From a bacterium (GTDB taxonomy: Bacteria; JAAXHH01), in NCBI GenBank assembly GCA_963665755.1, contig OY762445.1, forward strand, positions 23,926 through 87,925: a DNA stretch of 64,000 nucleotides, read 5' to 3'. This document shows positions 36,362-46,764 of this stretch, piece after piece (position 1 is the first letter of the stretch; every line of letters begins with the position of its first letter). The notes below the pieces were generated by a model that did no database searches, was not told where the DNA came from, and saw nothing but the letters and a program-made list of their open reading frames with translations. The position numbers were made by a program, and so were the translations under genes.

Positions 36362-37915
36362 ATGGCCGATCTGCCCCTGCTTTCCCTCATCATCTGGCTG
36401 CCTGTACTCGGCGCGATTCTCCTCCTCTTCGTCAAGGGGGACGTGGCTGCCCGGTGGGTGGGATTCGGCGTCACGGCGCTGGTGTTCATCCTCTTCGCGG
36501 TCTGTTTCGGGGCTTTCAAGTCACACATCGGCGATCCGCAGTTCGTGGAACGGATACCCTGGATCGAATCCCTGGGCGTGTCCTATTACGTCGGTGCGGA
36601 CGGCATAAGCATCCTCCTCGCCGGGATCACCGCGCTCATGTGGCCCCTGGCGCTGCTCGGCACCTGGACGATCGTCACCGAGCGCGTCCGGGCCTACCAG
36701 GTATTCATGCTGCTGATGGAAACCACGCTGATGGGCGTGTTCTTCTCCCTCGACCTGTTCCAGTTCTTCCTCTTCTGGGAAGGCATGCTGATCCCCATGT
36801 ATTTCCTGATCGGCATCTGGGGTTACGAGCGGAGCAGCATGGCGGCTCTGAAGTTCTTCCTGTTCGCCATATTCGGCAGTCTGCTCATGCTGGCCGCCGT
36901 CATCACGCTGGCCTTTCTCTATCACCAGGCCCACGGCGTCCTCACCTTCGAGATGGCGGCGCTGTATCAGCTTGCCATCCCGCCGGAAGTACAGTTCTGG
37001 CTCGCTCTCGCCTTTATCGCCGCCTTCGCCGTGAAGGTGCCCATGGTCCCGTTCCATACGTGGCTGCCCGATGCCATCGTCCTCGCCGTCGTACTCGTCA
37101 AGATGGCGGCCTACGGGTTCATTCGCCTGACCCTTCCCATGTTTCCCGATGCCCTGGCCGAACTGGCGCCCCTGATGTGCGGGGCGGCGGCGGCCGGAAT
37201 CGTCTACGGTGCACTGATCGCCCTGGCGCAGTCCGATATTCGAAGGATGATCGCCTATTCCACCATCAGTCACGCGGGGTTCGTCGTACTCGGCGTATTC
37301 GCCCTGAATCAGCACGGCCTCCAGGGCGCGGTCGTCCACATTGTCAGCCTGGCGCTGTCTACCGGTGGACTGTTCCTCGCCGCGATGATGCTCGTGCAGC
37401 GTCGGAATACCTGGGACATGGAGGCGTACGGCGGGCTCTGGCACACGATCCCCGTGTTCTCCGCTTTTCTCCTCATATTCTCCCTGGCCTCCGTCGGCCT
37501 TCCGGGCCTGAGCAATTTCGTCGGGGAATTCCTCATCCTGGTCGGGGTTTTTCAACAGCACGCGGCGATCGCGGTGGTTGCCGCCACCGGGGTCATCCTG
37601 GCGGCCGTCTACATGCTCCGGATGTACAGGAAGGTCATCTTCGGTCCTTTGACCAGGGACGAGAACAGGGGGATCAAGGACCTCTCGTTCAGGGAGACGG
37701 CCGTCCTCGCCTGCATGACGCTTTTCATCATCGGGATCGGGGTGTATCCCAATCCGGTTCTGCGGACCATGGAGGCTTCGGTACAGAAACTGCTGGTCCA
37801 GACCCACCGTCTCGCGGAGACAGCGCCGGCGGGAACGACCGGGACATCCAGCGAATCGGCGTCGCGGCCGGCCGGCCTGGACGCGACCCGGGGAATCAGC
37901 CAGGATAATCGATGA
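36362..37915 (+). CDS. nuoM: NADH-quinone oxidoreductase subunit M (apparent 9-aa internal deletion)
   Basis: FWE, AVKVP.VPFHTWLPDA, YSTISH, NFVGE; the H-x-x-APTxGS segment is absent. Confidence 0.93.
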   Translation: MADLPLLSLIIWLPVLGAILLLFVKGDVAARWVGFGVTALVFILFAVCFGAFKSHIGDPQFVERIPWIESLGVSYYVGADGISILLAGITALMWPLALLGTWTIVTERVRAYQVFMLLMETTLMGVFFSLDLFQFFLFWEGMLIPMYFLIGIWGYERSSMAALKFFLFAIFGSLLMLAAVITLAFLYHQAHGVLTFEMAALYQLAIPPEVQFWLALAFIAAFAVKVPMVPFHTWLPDAIVLAVVLVKMAAYGFIRLTLPMFPDALAELAPLMCGAAAAGIVYGALIALAQSDIRRMIAYSTISHAGFVVLGVFALNQHGLQGAVVHIVSLALSTGGLFLAAMMLVQRRNTWDMEAYGGLWHTIPVFSAFLLIFSLASVGLPGLSNFVGEFLILVGVFQQHAAIAVVAATGVILAAVYMLRMYRKVIFGPLTRDENRGIKDLSFRETAVLACMTLFIIGIGVYPNPVLRTMEASVQKLLVQTHRLAETAPAGTTGTSSESASRPAGLDATRGISQDNR

Positions 37916-39378
37916 ATACGGTACTGCCCGAAATAAACCTCTACGCCGTGATGCCGCAGATCCTCCTCGTGTCCTCCGCGACCGTGGTCCTGATCGTCGG
38001 CCTGTTCGAGAGATTCCGCAGGGGCATCCCATACCTCAGCCTGGTGCTCCTGGCGATTTCGGGCGTGGTGGTGATAAATCAGCTGGGACAGGATCCCATC
38101 GCCTTTTCGGATACCTCGCCGATGATGGTGTTGGACGATTTCAGCCTGGTGGCCACCCTGATATTCATCGCCGGCGCCATGATGACCGTGCTGATATCCA
38201 TCTCCTACGCCGAAGCCCGGTCGATTGCCCGCGGCGAGTATTACGCGCTGCTGATATACGCCGTTTCGGGCATGAGCATGATGGCGGCGGGCACCGACCT
38301 GTTCTCCTTCTTCCTGGGTCTGGAAGTGCTCTCCATTTCGCTCTACGTGCTGATCGGCTTCGAACAACGTGAGGCCAGTTCGAACGAAGGCGCGTTGAAG
38401 TATTTCCTGCTGGGGGCCTTCGCCAGCGGCTTCATCCTCTACGGAATGGCCCTGCTCTACGGCGCCAGCGGCAGCACGGAGTACGAAGTCATTGCGCACA
38501 CCCTGGCCGGGGAACGGAGCGACTCGGTGAATCTCCTGCTGCTCGGTGGCCTGGGTCTGCTGCTGATCGGCATTGGATTCAAGATTTCCATGGTCCCGTT
38601 CCACGCCTGGACGCCGGACGTGTACCAGGGCGCGCCCACGCCCGTCGCCGCCTTTTTGTCCACCGGATCCAAGGCGGCCGGCTTCGTGGTGTTAATCAGG
38701 TTGCTTGATTCGGTTTTTCCCGGCCTACAGGTGGATTGGATTCCGCTGATCTCGGTGCTGGCGGTCCTTACGATTGCCGTCGGAAACGTCGTGGCGTTGG
38801 TTCAGTCCAACCTGAAAAGACTGCTGGCCTACTCCAGCATCGCCCACGCCGGGTACATGCTCCTGCCCTTCATGTCGAACAGCCAGGACGGCAGCGCGAG
38901 CATCATATTCTACCTGATCGTGTACACGGCGATGAACCTGGGCGCCTTCGGCGTGCTGGCCGTGCTCTCAGCACGCGGATCGACATGCGCGACCCTGGAC
39001 GACCTGGCCGGTCTGGGAAGCCGCCATCCCCTCCTCGCCGCGATCATGGCAGTGGTCATGTTCTCTCTGGCCGGTATACCGCCCACGGCCGGATTCATGG
39101 CCAAGTTCTACCTCTTCAGCGCGGTGGTGACCGGGGGATACATCGAACTGGCCGTGATCGGCCTGCTTTTCAGCGGCGTGTCACTGTATTACTACCTCCG
39201 GATCGTGATCTGGATGTACATGCGCCCTGTGGCACGGGAATCCGCCGACGGCACCGGCCGCCTGTCCTACAGCGGCATGACGGCGCTTTGCGTCTCCGCC
39301 CTGGCCATCCTGGCCGTGGGCGTTTTCCCCTCCGGGTTGCTGCAACTGGCCCAGCGGGCCGTAATGGCGCTGCCGTAA
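37912..39378 (+). CDS. nuoN: NADH-quinone oxidoreductase subunit N
   Basis: EGALKYF, FKIS.VPFHAWTPDVYQGAPTP, KRLLAYSSIAH, GIPPTAGF.AKF. Confidence 0.97.
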   Translation: MNTVLPEINLYAVMPQILLVSSATVVLIVGLFERFRRGIPYLSLVLLAISGVVVINQLGQDPIAFSDTSPMMVLDDFSLVATLIFIAGAMMTVLISISYAEARSIARGEYYALLIYAVSGMSMMAAGTDLFSFFLGLEVLSISLYVLIGFEQREASSNEGALKYFLLGAFASGFILYGMALLYGASGSTEYEVIAHTLAGERSDSVNLLLLGGLGLLLIGIGFKISMVPFHAWTPDVYQGAPTPVAAFLSTGSKAAGFVVLIRLLDSVFPGLQVDWIPLISVLAVLTIAVGNVVALVQSNLKRLLAYSSIAHAGYMLLPFMSNSQDGSASIIFYLIVYTAMNLGAFGVLAVLSARGSTCATLDDLAGLGSRHPLLAAIMAVVMFSLAGIPPTAGFMAKFYLFSAVVTGGYIELAVIGLLFSGVSLYYYLRIVIWMYMRPVARESADGTGRLSYSGMTALCVSALAILAVGVFPSGLLQLAQRAVMALP

Positions 39379-39428
39379 ATCCCGCCCTTCCGCCAACGCC
39401 AACCACGCGTCCACAACGGCGAATAGGG

Positions 39429-39457
39429 TTGACTTCCGGTCGATTTCACACCATATT
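39429..39457 (+). promoter_or_regulatory. Putative promoter of the ispB-LPS operon
   Basis: TTGACT-N17-CATATT. Confidence 0.5.
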
Positions 39458-40476
39458 TGCATGTATTTCAGTGTGCGTTACCGAACAGCAAATCGGGGGC
39501 ATTCATAGACTTCAGTACCATCAGCGCGCCGGTTCAAGGGCATCTCGACCGATTTGAACACCAGATCAGGGAGATCTCCAGATCCGACGTGGAAGTCATC
39601 AACCAGATCTGGTCTCACCTGGTTCGTACCAAGGGCAAGCGGCTCAGGCCCGCGCTGGTTTTCCTTTCCGCCTCGGCATACGGCTCGCCGTGCAGAGAGA
39701 CCATGCTGGCGGCATTCATCATCGAGCTCTGCCATACCGCGACGCTGATCCACGACGACGTGGTGGACCGGGCGACGACCCGGCGCGGACTGCCCACGCT
39801 GAATTCAGTCTGGGACAACCATGTCTCGGTGCTCATGGGCGACAACGTGATCGCCAGGGTGTTGACGCTGATTGCGAAACTGGACTGTTCGAGGATCACG
39901 ACGAAAATCGCGGAATGCGTCGAACGGCTGACCGAGGGCGAGTTGCACCAGGCCATACGCCGGTTCAACATCAGTACGACCGAGGCGGAGTATTACCGCA
40001 TTATCAGCAACAAGACGTCTTCGCTTATCGCGTGCGGTTGCGATTCCGGAGTCTACCTTTCGAGTCAGTCGGCAGAGACCGCCCGCCGGTTCGGTGAGTT
40101 TGGCGAGAAGCTTGGCATGGCGTTTCAGATTACCGACGACATCCTGAATTTCACGGGAGACGAGGACGTCATCGGCAAACCGAGAGGCAACGATTTCAGG
40201 GAAGGCACGGTTACCCTGCCCCTGATCCATGCCCTCCGCAACGCCTCCAGCGATGGAAACCGGCGCGTGGAGCAATTGCTTGAAACGGAGTGGAGCGATC
40301 GGGTCTGCGACGAGATCGTTGAATTCGTCCATGTCCACGACGGCATCCGCTACGCGAAAGGCAAGGCGCTGGCATACGCGGAAGAGGCCAAGAAGATCCT
40401 GGTCGAAGAACCGTATACCCAGGCTAAGCAGGCCCTGTTGAACATGGTGGATTACGCCATTGAACGGGATCGATGA
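39457..40476 (+). CDS. ispB: Polyprenyl diphosphate synthase (octaprenyl/IspB-like)
   Basis: GKRLRP, LIHDDVVD..RRG, KTS, FQITDDILN; true start uncertain (possibly ATA at 39505). Confidence 0.88.
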   Translation: MHVFQCALPNSKSGAFIDFSTISAPVQGHLDRFEHQIREISRSDVEVINQIWSHLVRTKGKRLRPALVFLSASAYGSPCRETMLAAFIIELCHTATLIHDDVVDRATTRRGLPTLNSVWDNHVSVLMGDNVIARVLTLIAKLDCSRITTKIAECVERLTEGELHQAIRRFNISTTEAEYYRIISNKTSSLIACGCDSGVYLSSQSAETARRFGEFGEKLGMAFQITDDILNFTGDEDVIGKPRGNDFREGTVTLPLIHALRNASSDGNRRVEQLLETEWSDRVCDEIVEFVHVHDGIRYAKGKALAYAEEAKKILVEEPYTQAKQALLNMVDYAIERDR

Positions 40477-40483
40477 TGCATGT

Positions 40484-41359
40484 ATGGATTCTATATCCGT
40501 AATCGTCATTACCTATAACGAAGAACCGCATATCGATTCCTGTCTGCGAAGTGTATCATGGGTCGACGAAATCGTGGTGGTGGATTGCGGCAGCAGCGAT
40601 CGCACGGTTGAGATCTGCAAAAGCCACGAAAAGGTCCGGCTGTTTCATGTAGACCGGCACGGCAGCGGACAGCAGAAACAACAGGCCCTCGACCGGGCGG
40701 TTTCCGAATGGGTGCTGAACCTGGATGCGGACGAACGGCTCAGCGAATCCCTGCAGTCGGACATACGGCGCCTCCTCGAGACTCCGGCACCCTTCGACGG
40801 TTACCAGATACCAAGGGAGAACTACTTCCTCGCCAGGCATATCCGGCACGCGGCGGGATGGGGAGACGACCGGCCGCTCCGGCTGTTCCGACGGACCAAG
40901 ACGGCCGTCACCCGGACCCAGGTGCACGAAACATTCGTGGTGGACGGACCGACCGGCAGGCTCGAATCTCCTCTGATACACGATGCCTACACCAGCCTGT
41001 ACCAGTATATCGAGAAGCTGAACGAGTACACGTCGATCGAGGTGAGAAACCGGCTCAAGGCGCGGCCGGACCGGAAGATAACCTGGGTGCACATCGCCCT
41101 CGCTCCCCTGGGCACGTTCTGGAAGTTGTACGTTATGAAACGAGGATATCTCGATGGGATGCAAGGACTTCTGCTTTGTGTCCTTTCATCCGTATCGGTC
41201 ATGTCCGGGTACGCGAAGACCTGGGAATACGGGATGTACAGGAAGCGGGGCGGTCGGATGTTCCCGCCCATACGGACCGAGGAAGTAAGGACCCGGCAAC
41301 CGGGCTACAACCGGCTGATCCGGGATGGCGACGAAGAATTCAACTGGAAGGATGATTGA
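40484..41359 (+). CDS. GT2 glycosyltransferase (KdtX/WaaE-like)
   Basis: ISVIVITYNEE, VVVDCGSSD, LDADE, VHE. Confidence 0.9.
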   Translation: MDSISVIVITYNEEPHIDSCLRSVSWVDEIVVVDCGSSDRTVEICKSHEKVRLFHVDRHGSGQQKQQALDRAVSEWVLNLDADERLSESLQSDIRRLLETPAPFDGYQIPRENYFLARHIRHAAGWGDDRPLRLFRRTKTAVTRTQVHETFVVDGPTGRLESPLIHDAYTSLYQYIEKLNEYTSIEVRNRLKARPDRKITWVHIALAPLGTFWKLYVMKRGYLDGMQGLLLCVLSSVSVMSGYAKTWEYGMYRKRGGRMFPPIRTEEVRTRQPGYNRLIRDGDEEFNWKDD

Positions 41360-41365
41360 GACCCA

Positions 41366-42352
41366 ATGGGCCTTAAAGACACTTTCTACAAGACCGCGTC
41401 CCGGTACGAACCGCTTCAGCGTGTCCTGCGCAATGCCGTCGTTGCCCGTAAACTGCGATTTCCCGAAGTCATCAGCATCGAGTCTTCGAGTTTCTGCAAT
41501 GCCGATTGCATCATGTGCCCGAGGGAGTTGCTCAGTCGCAAGAAGGGCAACATGTCCATGGACCTGTATCGCAAGATCATCGACGAGTGCGCTGAGAACG
41601 CCCGGTACATCAAGCTCATACAGCCCTTCATGTTCGGAGAGTCCTTCATCAACAAGCAACTCGTCGATATGATCGCGTATACGAAAAACAGGCTGCCTCG
41701 CGTGCCGGTCAGCGTGAGCACCAACGGTTCCCTCATCGATCCCCGGAAGGCCCAGGAGCTCATCGACTGCAAGCTGGACAAGATCAATATCGATATCGAC
41801 GGAGCGACTGCGGACACTTTCGAAGCGGTGCGCGTGGGTCTCGATTACGAACAGGTGGTTGAAAACGCGCGGTACTTGATGGAACTTAAACGGTCCACCG
41901 CCAGCCGGACGCCCGAAATCACGGTGACGATCATCAATATGGAAGAGACCCAGCACGAAGTCGCGGCGTTCCGGGAGCTGTGGGCGCCCATCGCCGACAA
42001 CGTCGTCGTGCAAAGCTACACCACGTGGACCGGAAGCGTGGATGACAAGAACGTGGGCGACCAGGCCGCGGCTTCGTCCGCGGGCGGTTTTACCTTTCCC
42101 TGCAAGCATCCCTGGGAGGAGTTTGTCATCGCCAACGACGGCCGCGTGTCCATCTGCTGCCTCGATTTCGACTTCAAGGTGGAGGTGGGCGACGTATCGA
42201 AGCAATCGATCAGGGAGGTCTGGAACGGCGCTCCGATTGAGGAGATCCGACAGAAGATGATCGAGAACCGGTACGACGAACTCGAGATCTGCAGCCAGTG
42301 CAACAACTACATCTTTCAGACCGAATGCGCCTGGCACCAGGTGTGGAAGTAA
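41366..42352 (+). CDS. Radical SAM / SPASM(twitch)-domain protein
   Basis: CNADCIMC, FGES, STNG, C-terminal C..PW...DG.V.ICC.D and CSQC. Confidence 0.88.
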   Translation: MGLKDTFYKTASRYEPLQRVLRNAVVARKLRFPEVISIESSSFCNADCIMCPRELLSRKKGNMSMDLYRKIIDECAENARYIKLIQPFMFGESFINKQLVDMIAYTKNRLPRVPVSVSTNGSLIDPRKAQELIDCKLDKINIDIDGATADTFEAVRVGLDYEQVVENARYLMELKRSTASRTPEITVTIINMEETQHEVAAFRELWAPIADNVVVQSYTTWTGSVDDKNVGDQAAASSAGGFTFPCKHPWEEFVIANDGRVSICCLDFDFKVEVGDVSKQSIREVWNGAPIEEIRQKMIENRYDELEICSQCNNYIFQTECAWHQVWK

Positions 42353-42442
42353 TGCCGGTTCACTCGTATCCCGCCGGCATGGGCAGGCCGCCCGGATACC
42401 CGTAAGCGCCCCCTTTCAATCTCCTTCGACAAGAGGAATGCC

Positions 42443-43588
42443 ATGGACCGCATGGCGCCCGCGCGCATCCTGCAGGTGTGTTCCTCCCTGGCCTGGGGCG
42501 GTACGGAGATGCATGTGCCGATCCTGTCGGGTAAACTCCGGGCCCGCGGTCACGACGTGCGGCTGGTGCTTCATCCGAAGGGATCGATCGCCGGCGAGTC
42601 CAGGGCATTGGGTTTTCCGACCGAGACCATCCCCATCGGCGGATACGTGAATCCGGTTTCCACCTGTGCGTTGGGGCGGTGCATACGGCGCTTCAGGCCC
42701 CATGTCCTCCACCTCCACCTTTCCCGCGACCTCTGGCAGACCGTGCCCGCCGCGCGGCTGGCGGGATACGATGGACCGGTCGTCCTCACCAAGCACGTGG
42801 GTTCCTACGTGACGAAAACGGACCCTCTGCACCGCTGGCTGTACCGCCGCGTTTCCCGCGTCATTACGGTATCGGAGACGCTGAACCGGAACGTGCGCGA
42901 GACCTGTCCCGTCGACCCGAATCGCGTAGTAACCGTGCATCCGGCCCTGGACCTGGAACGGTTCGATTCCACCGGTTACGACCGGGTGGAAACGAGAAAG
43001 TCGCTCGGATTCCCGATCGACGCCGTCGTGGTGGGGACCGTGGGGCGCGTTTCTCCGGGGAAGGGGTACGAAGAGTTCCTGCAGGCCGCCCGGTTGCTCC
43101 GGGACCGCCATCCCAATATGCCCCTGCGTTTCCTCGTGGCGGGCGAGGCCAGCTATGGAGAGGAAGCGTACCACGACGGAATCGTTCATTACGCCCGGGA
43201 ACTCGACCTCGCTGAAACCGTACTTTTTGCGGGTTTCAGGCGGGATATTCCCGCCTTGCTGAACGCCATGGACGTTTTTATATTTCCCTCCAGAGCGGAG
43301 GGGTTCGGCGCGACCGTCATCGAGGCGATGGCCATGGGTGTTGCCTGCGTATCGACCCGGTCCGACGGGACGCTGGACACCGTGGAGGACGGGGTAACGG
43401 GCCTGGTCTTCCAGGGAGGCGACGCGGAAGGGCTCGCGCGGTCGGTCGAATCGCTGCTTACGGACGGTCGGCTGCGCGCGCGCATCGCGGAGAACGGCTG
43501 CAGACAGGCCCGGGAACGCTTTAATCTCGATGCCATGACCGACCGCGTGGAAGCGCTCTACGCCGAATCAATAGCCCATCCCGCCTGA
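42443..43588 (+). CDS. GT4 glycosyltransferase
   Basis: WGGTE, VGRVSPGKG, PSRAEGFG.TVIEAMAMG. Confidence 0.92.
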   Translation: MDRMAPARILQVCSSLAWGGTEMHVPILSGKLRARGHDVRLVLHPKGSIAGESRALGFPTETIPIGGYVNPVSTCALGRCIRRFRPHVLHLHLSRDLWQTVPAARLAGYDGPVVLTKHVGSYVTKTDPLHRWLYRRVSRVITVSETLNRNVRETCPVDPNRVVTVHPALDLERFDSTGYDRVETRKSLGFPIDAVVVGTVGRVSPGKGYEEFLQAARLLRDRHPNMPLRFLVAGEASYGEEAYHDGIVHYARELDLAETVLFAGFRRDIPALLNAMDVFIFPSRAEGFGATVIEAMAMGVACVSTRSDGTLDTVEDGVTGLVFQGGDAEGLARSVESLLTDGRLRARIAENGCRQARERFNLDAMTDRVEALYAESIAHPA

Positions 43589-43606
43589 TCCCGATCCCGG
43601 CCCTAC

Positions 43607-45505
43607 ATGAACCTGTATCTCCGAATACTGTCCTATGTAAAGCCCTACTGGTACTTCATGGCCGGCGCCATGGTGTGCATGGCCTTCTTTGCGCTGACCA
43701 GCAGTGCAACGGTCTGGGTGGCCCTGCCCTTTCTGCAGACCCTGTTCGGCCAGGAATCCGTACAGACGGACCAGACCGGGCAGTCCGGACAGACCGGGCA
43801 GTTCGACATAGCGCGGGATTCGGCGAACCGGCTGGAGCAACGGACCGGGATGGCGGGCCTGCGCGAGTCGTTGAAGGATCGCACCAACGCCCTGATCACC
43901 CGGCCGACCAGGCAGGCTACGCTGGAACGCCTCTGCCTGATCATCCTGTTCATCCTCCTGATCAAGAACATCAGCAGTTTCCTGCAGGCCTACCTGATGG
44001 CCTACGCCGAGAACGGGGTCATCAAGGACCTCCGGAACCATCTCTATATCCACCTGCACCGCCTTTCCCTGTCCTACTTCCACCGTGAACGCACGGGGGA
44101 GCTCATCTCCCGGGTATCCTACGACGTCATGAAGATCAACGGGACGGTTTCCGCCGCCTTCGGGACGTTGATCAAGGAACCTATGCTGGTGGTGGTCTAC
44201 CTCGCGATCCTCTTGATCCTGAGCTGGCAATTGACGCTGGTCTCCCTGGTGCTTCTTCCCTTCAGCGTCCTCGTCATCACCACGGTGGGCAGGCGGCTGC
44301 GCCGGAGCAGCACCGCCTCACAGGAAGCCATGGCCGATCTGACCTCGACGCTCCAGGAGACCGTGGCCGGCGTGCGGGTGGTCAAGGCCTTCAACATGGA
44401 ATCCTTCGAGATCGGCAAGTTCAAGCGGCAGACCCAGCATTACTTCGCCACGCTGCTTCGACTGACCCACATGCACAATCTGGCCAGCCCCATCACGGAG
44501 ATCCTGGGCAGCTTCGTCGGCCTGGCGATCCTCTGGTACGGTGGCCGGCAGGTCCTCGAAGGCGGCCTGCTTGCGCCGGAGGATTTCCTGACGTTCTTTC
44601 TCGCCCTCTTTTCCATGATGAAGCCGGTCAAGGAACTCGGACAGGTGCACAACCGGATCCAGGAGGGAATCGCGGCCGCCGACCGCGTGTTTTCGATCCT
44701 GGACACGGCGCCCGAAATCACGGACGCGCCCGATGCGGAGCGGCTTCCCGACCTGCGTCGGGAAATCCGGTTCCACCGTGTTGCCTTCCGGTACGACAAG
44801 TCCGCCGAACCCGCCCTGGAGGATATCGATCTCGTGGTCCGTTCGGGAGAGACCGTGGCCCTTGTGGGACCGAGCGGTGGAGGCAAGTCCACCCTGGTTG
44901 ACCTCGTCGCACGGTTTTACGACCCGACCGACGGGTGCATCGAGATAGATGGGAAAGACCTGCGTTCGGTCACCGTGGCGTCTCTCCGGGACAAGATGGG
45001 CATCGTGACACAGGACGTGATCCTGTTCAACGACACGGTCCGCAACAATATCGCGTACGGCGTGCAGGATATGCCCGTGGACCGGATACGATCCGCCGCG
45101 GCCGCCGCCAACGCGGATGCCTTCATCGACCAGTTGCCCGTTGGATACGAAACATATCTCGGGGAACGCGGCGTGCGTCTCTCCGGGGGCCAGCGTCAGC
45201 GCATCGCGATCGCAAGGGCCATCCTGAAGGATCCCCAGATCCTCATTTTCGACGAGGCCACCTCCAGCCTGGATACCGAGTCCGAACTGCTGGTCCAGGA
45301 GGCCATCGACCGGTTGATGGCGGGGAGGACGGCCCTGGTCATCGCCCATCGCCTGTCGACCGTGCAGAAGGCGGACCGGGTGGTCGTGGTCGACCGTGGC
45401 CGTATCGTGCAGACCGGCGATCACGGATCGCTGATCCGGGAAGACGGCCTGTACCGGAAGCTCTACAACCTGCAGTTCCGGGACCAGGAACCCGTCGCGG
45501 AATAA
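43607..45505 (+). CDS. msbA: Lipid A flippase-type ABC exporter (MsbA-like)
   Basis: TM domain plus GPSGGGKST, LSGGQRQR, DEATS; LPS gene context. Confidence 0.82.
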   Translation: MNLYLRILSYVKPYWYFMAGAMVCMAFFALTSSATVWVALPFLQTLFGQESVQTDQTGQSGQTGQFDIARDSANRLEQRTGMAGLRESLKDRTNALITRPTRQATLERLCLIILFILLIKNISSFLQAYLMAYAENGVIKDLRNHLYIHLHRLSLSYFHRERTGELISRVSYDVMKINGTVSAAFGTLIKEPMLVVVYLAILLILSWQLTLVSLVLLPFSVLVITTVGRRLRRSSTASQEAMADLTSTLQETVAGVRVVKAFNMESFEIGKFKRQTQHYFATLLRLTHMHNLASPITEILGSFVGLAILWYGGRQVLEGGLLAPEDFLTFFLALFSMMKPVKELGQVHNRIQEGIAAADRVFSILDTAPEITDAPDAERLPDLRREIRFHRVAFRYDKSAEPALEDIDLVVRSGETVALVGPSGGGKSTLVDLVARFYDPTDGCIEIDGKDLRSVTVASLRDKMGIVTQDVILFNDTVRNNIAYGVQDMPVDRIRSAAAAANADAFIDQLPVGYETYLGERGVRLSGGQRQRIAIARAILKDPQILIFDEATSSLDTESELLVQEAIDRLMAGRTALVIAHRLSTVQKADRVVVVDRGRIVQTGDHGSLIREDGLYRKLYNLQFRDQEPVAE

Positions 45506-45515
45506 CGGATGGTGG

Positions 45516-46661
45516 ATGATGTGGTATCCGATCGAGAAGCGGTTCAAGACCCGCGTGCTCAAATGGCTGGTAAGCCATCCCCTGGGACAGCGCCGCGCGC
45601 CGCCCGGCACGGTCGACCCGGACGGCATCAACCGGATCCTGATCATCCGGCAGCACGATCAGTTCGGCGATTTCCTGCTGACCACCCCCGCGATCCGCGC
45701 GCTGCGTGCGCGGTTTCCCGATGCGCACCTGTCGCTGGTCGTCCGCGCCTACCTGTATCCCGTGGCCCAGGGCAATCCGGACGTGGACCAGGTCCTGGTT
45801 TTCCACGAATCCGGTTTTCGCTGGAGACCCGGAGACATCCGTTCTTTCGTCGACCTGATGCGCGGGTCCATCGACCTAGCCGTCGTGTTCAACACGGTAT
45901 CCCATTCCCTTTCCAGCGACCTGATTGCCTGGCTCTCCGGCGCCCCCGTGGTCATGGGACCCGCGACACCCACTTTCGACCATCTCGATCATAATCCGTT
46001 CTACACGGTAAACGTACCCGTCAATCCCGAACCCAGGCACCAGATCCAGCGGAACCTGGACATGGTCCGGTACGTCGGCGCGGATACGGAAGACCTTTCC
46101 TACGGGTATGCCATGTCCGAGGACGAGCGGGCCGGAGGACGTGAAGTAGTCGAAGGTCTGGCAGGAGGTCCGACCGCGCCCGGAGGCCCCGTGGTCGCCG
46201 TCCACTTCGGAACCGGGGACGTGAGGAAACGATATCCGGTCGGGCAACTGGCCCGCGTATGCGACGAGTTGGCCACACGACTCTCCGCCCGGATCCTGGT
46301 CATATCCGCACCGGGGGACGAAGCACTGCTGCGCGCCCTGTGCGACGCGGCATCCACACCCCTGCGCAATGTGCCGCCCATGTCGCTGCGGAGGGTAGCC
46401 GGAGTGCTCCACGCCGCGGATCTGCTCGTGTGCAACGATACCGGGGTACTTCACCTGGCCGCCGCGGTAGGAACGCGAACCCTTTCCTTCCACGCCACGA
46501 GTGATCCGGCCTGCTGGAAACCACCCGGCGCCGGGCACCGCGCCTTCTACGCCGTCAGCCGGCGGATCGGCGAGATCCCGCCGGACCGGGTTTACCGCGA
46601 AATCGCCGCCATGCTCGACGATCCCCCCGGCACCGGAACAGGCGAGATAATCCGCGTCTGA
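45516..46661 (+). CDS. GT9 heptosyltransferase-like protein
   Basis: RILIIR..QFGD...TPAI, CNDTG.LHLAAA. Confidence 0.88.
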   Translation: MMWYPIEKRFKTRVLKWLVSHPLGQRRAPPGTVDPDGINRILIIRQHDQFGDFLLTTPAIRALRARFPDAHLSLVVRAYLYPVAQGNPDVDQVLVFHESGFRWRPGDIRSFVDLMRGSIDLAVVFNTVSHSLSSDLIAWLSGAPVVMGPATPTFDHLDHNPFYTVNVPVNPEPRHQIQRNLDMVRYVGADTEDLSYGYAMSEDERAGGREVVEGLAGGPTAPGGPVVAVHFGTGDVRKRYPVGQLARVCDELATRLSARILVISAPGDEALLRALCDAASTPLRNVPPMSLRRVAGVLHAADLLVCNDTGVLHLAAAVGTRTLSFHATSDPACWKPPGAGHRAFYAVSRRIGEIPPDRVYREIAAMLDDPPGTGTGEIIRV

Positions 46662-46688
46662 ACCCGAATCGCCTACGGGCTAATTATC

Positions 46689-46717
46689 TTGACAGGCACC
46701 CGGGCTTCCGGTACCAT
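46689..46717 (+). promoter_or_regulatory. Internal sigma70-type promoter
   Basis: TTGACA-N17-TACCAT. Confidence 0.6.
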
Positions 46718-46764
46718 GTTGCCCGCTCGCGCGCAGGCCGCAACAGGCATGGAAACGGGTAAAC

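Noticed and set aside
34220-38032. Long antisense and off-frame ORFs (682, 503, 484 aa) over nuoL/nuoM
   Set aside because: Expected stop-poor shadows of GC-rich hydrophobic genes. The same applies to most other nested ORFs in the track.
43762-43801. QTDQTGQSGQTGQ microrepeat in msbA
   Set aside because: Short in-frame low-complexity loop with no sign of phase variation.
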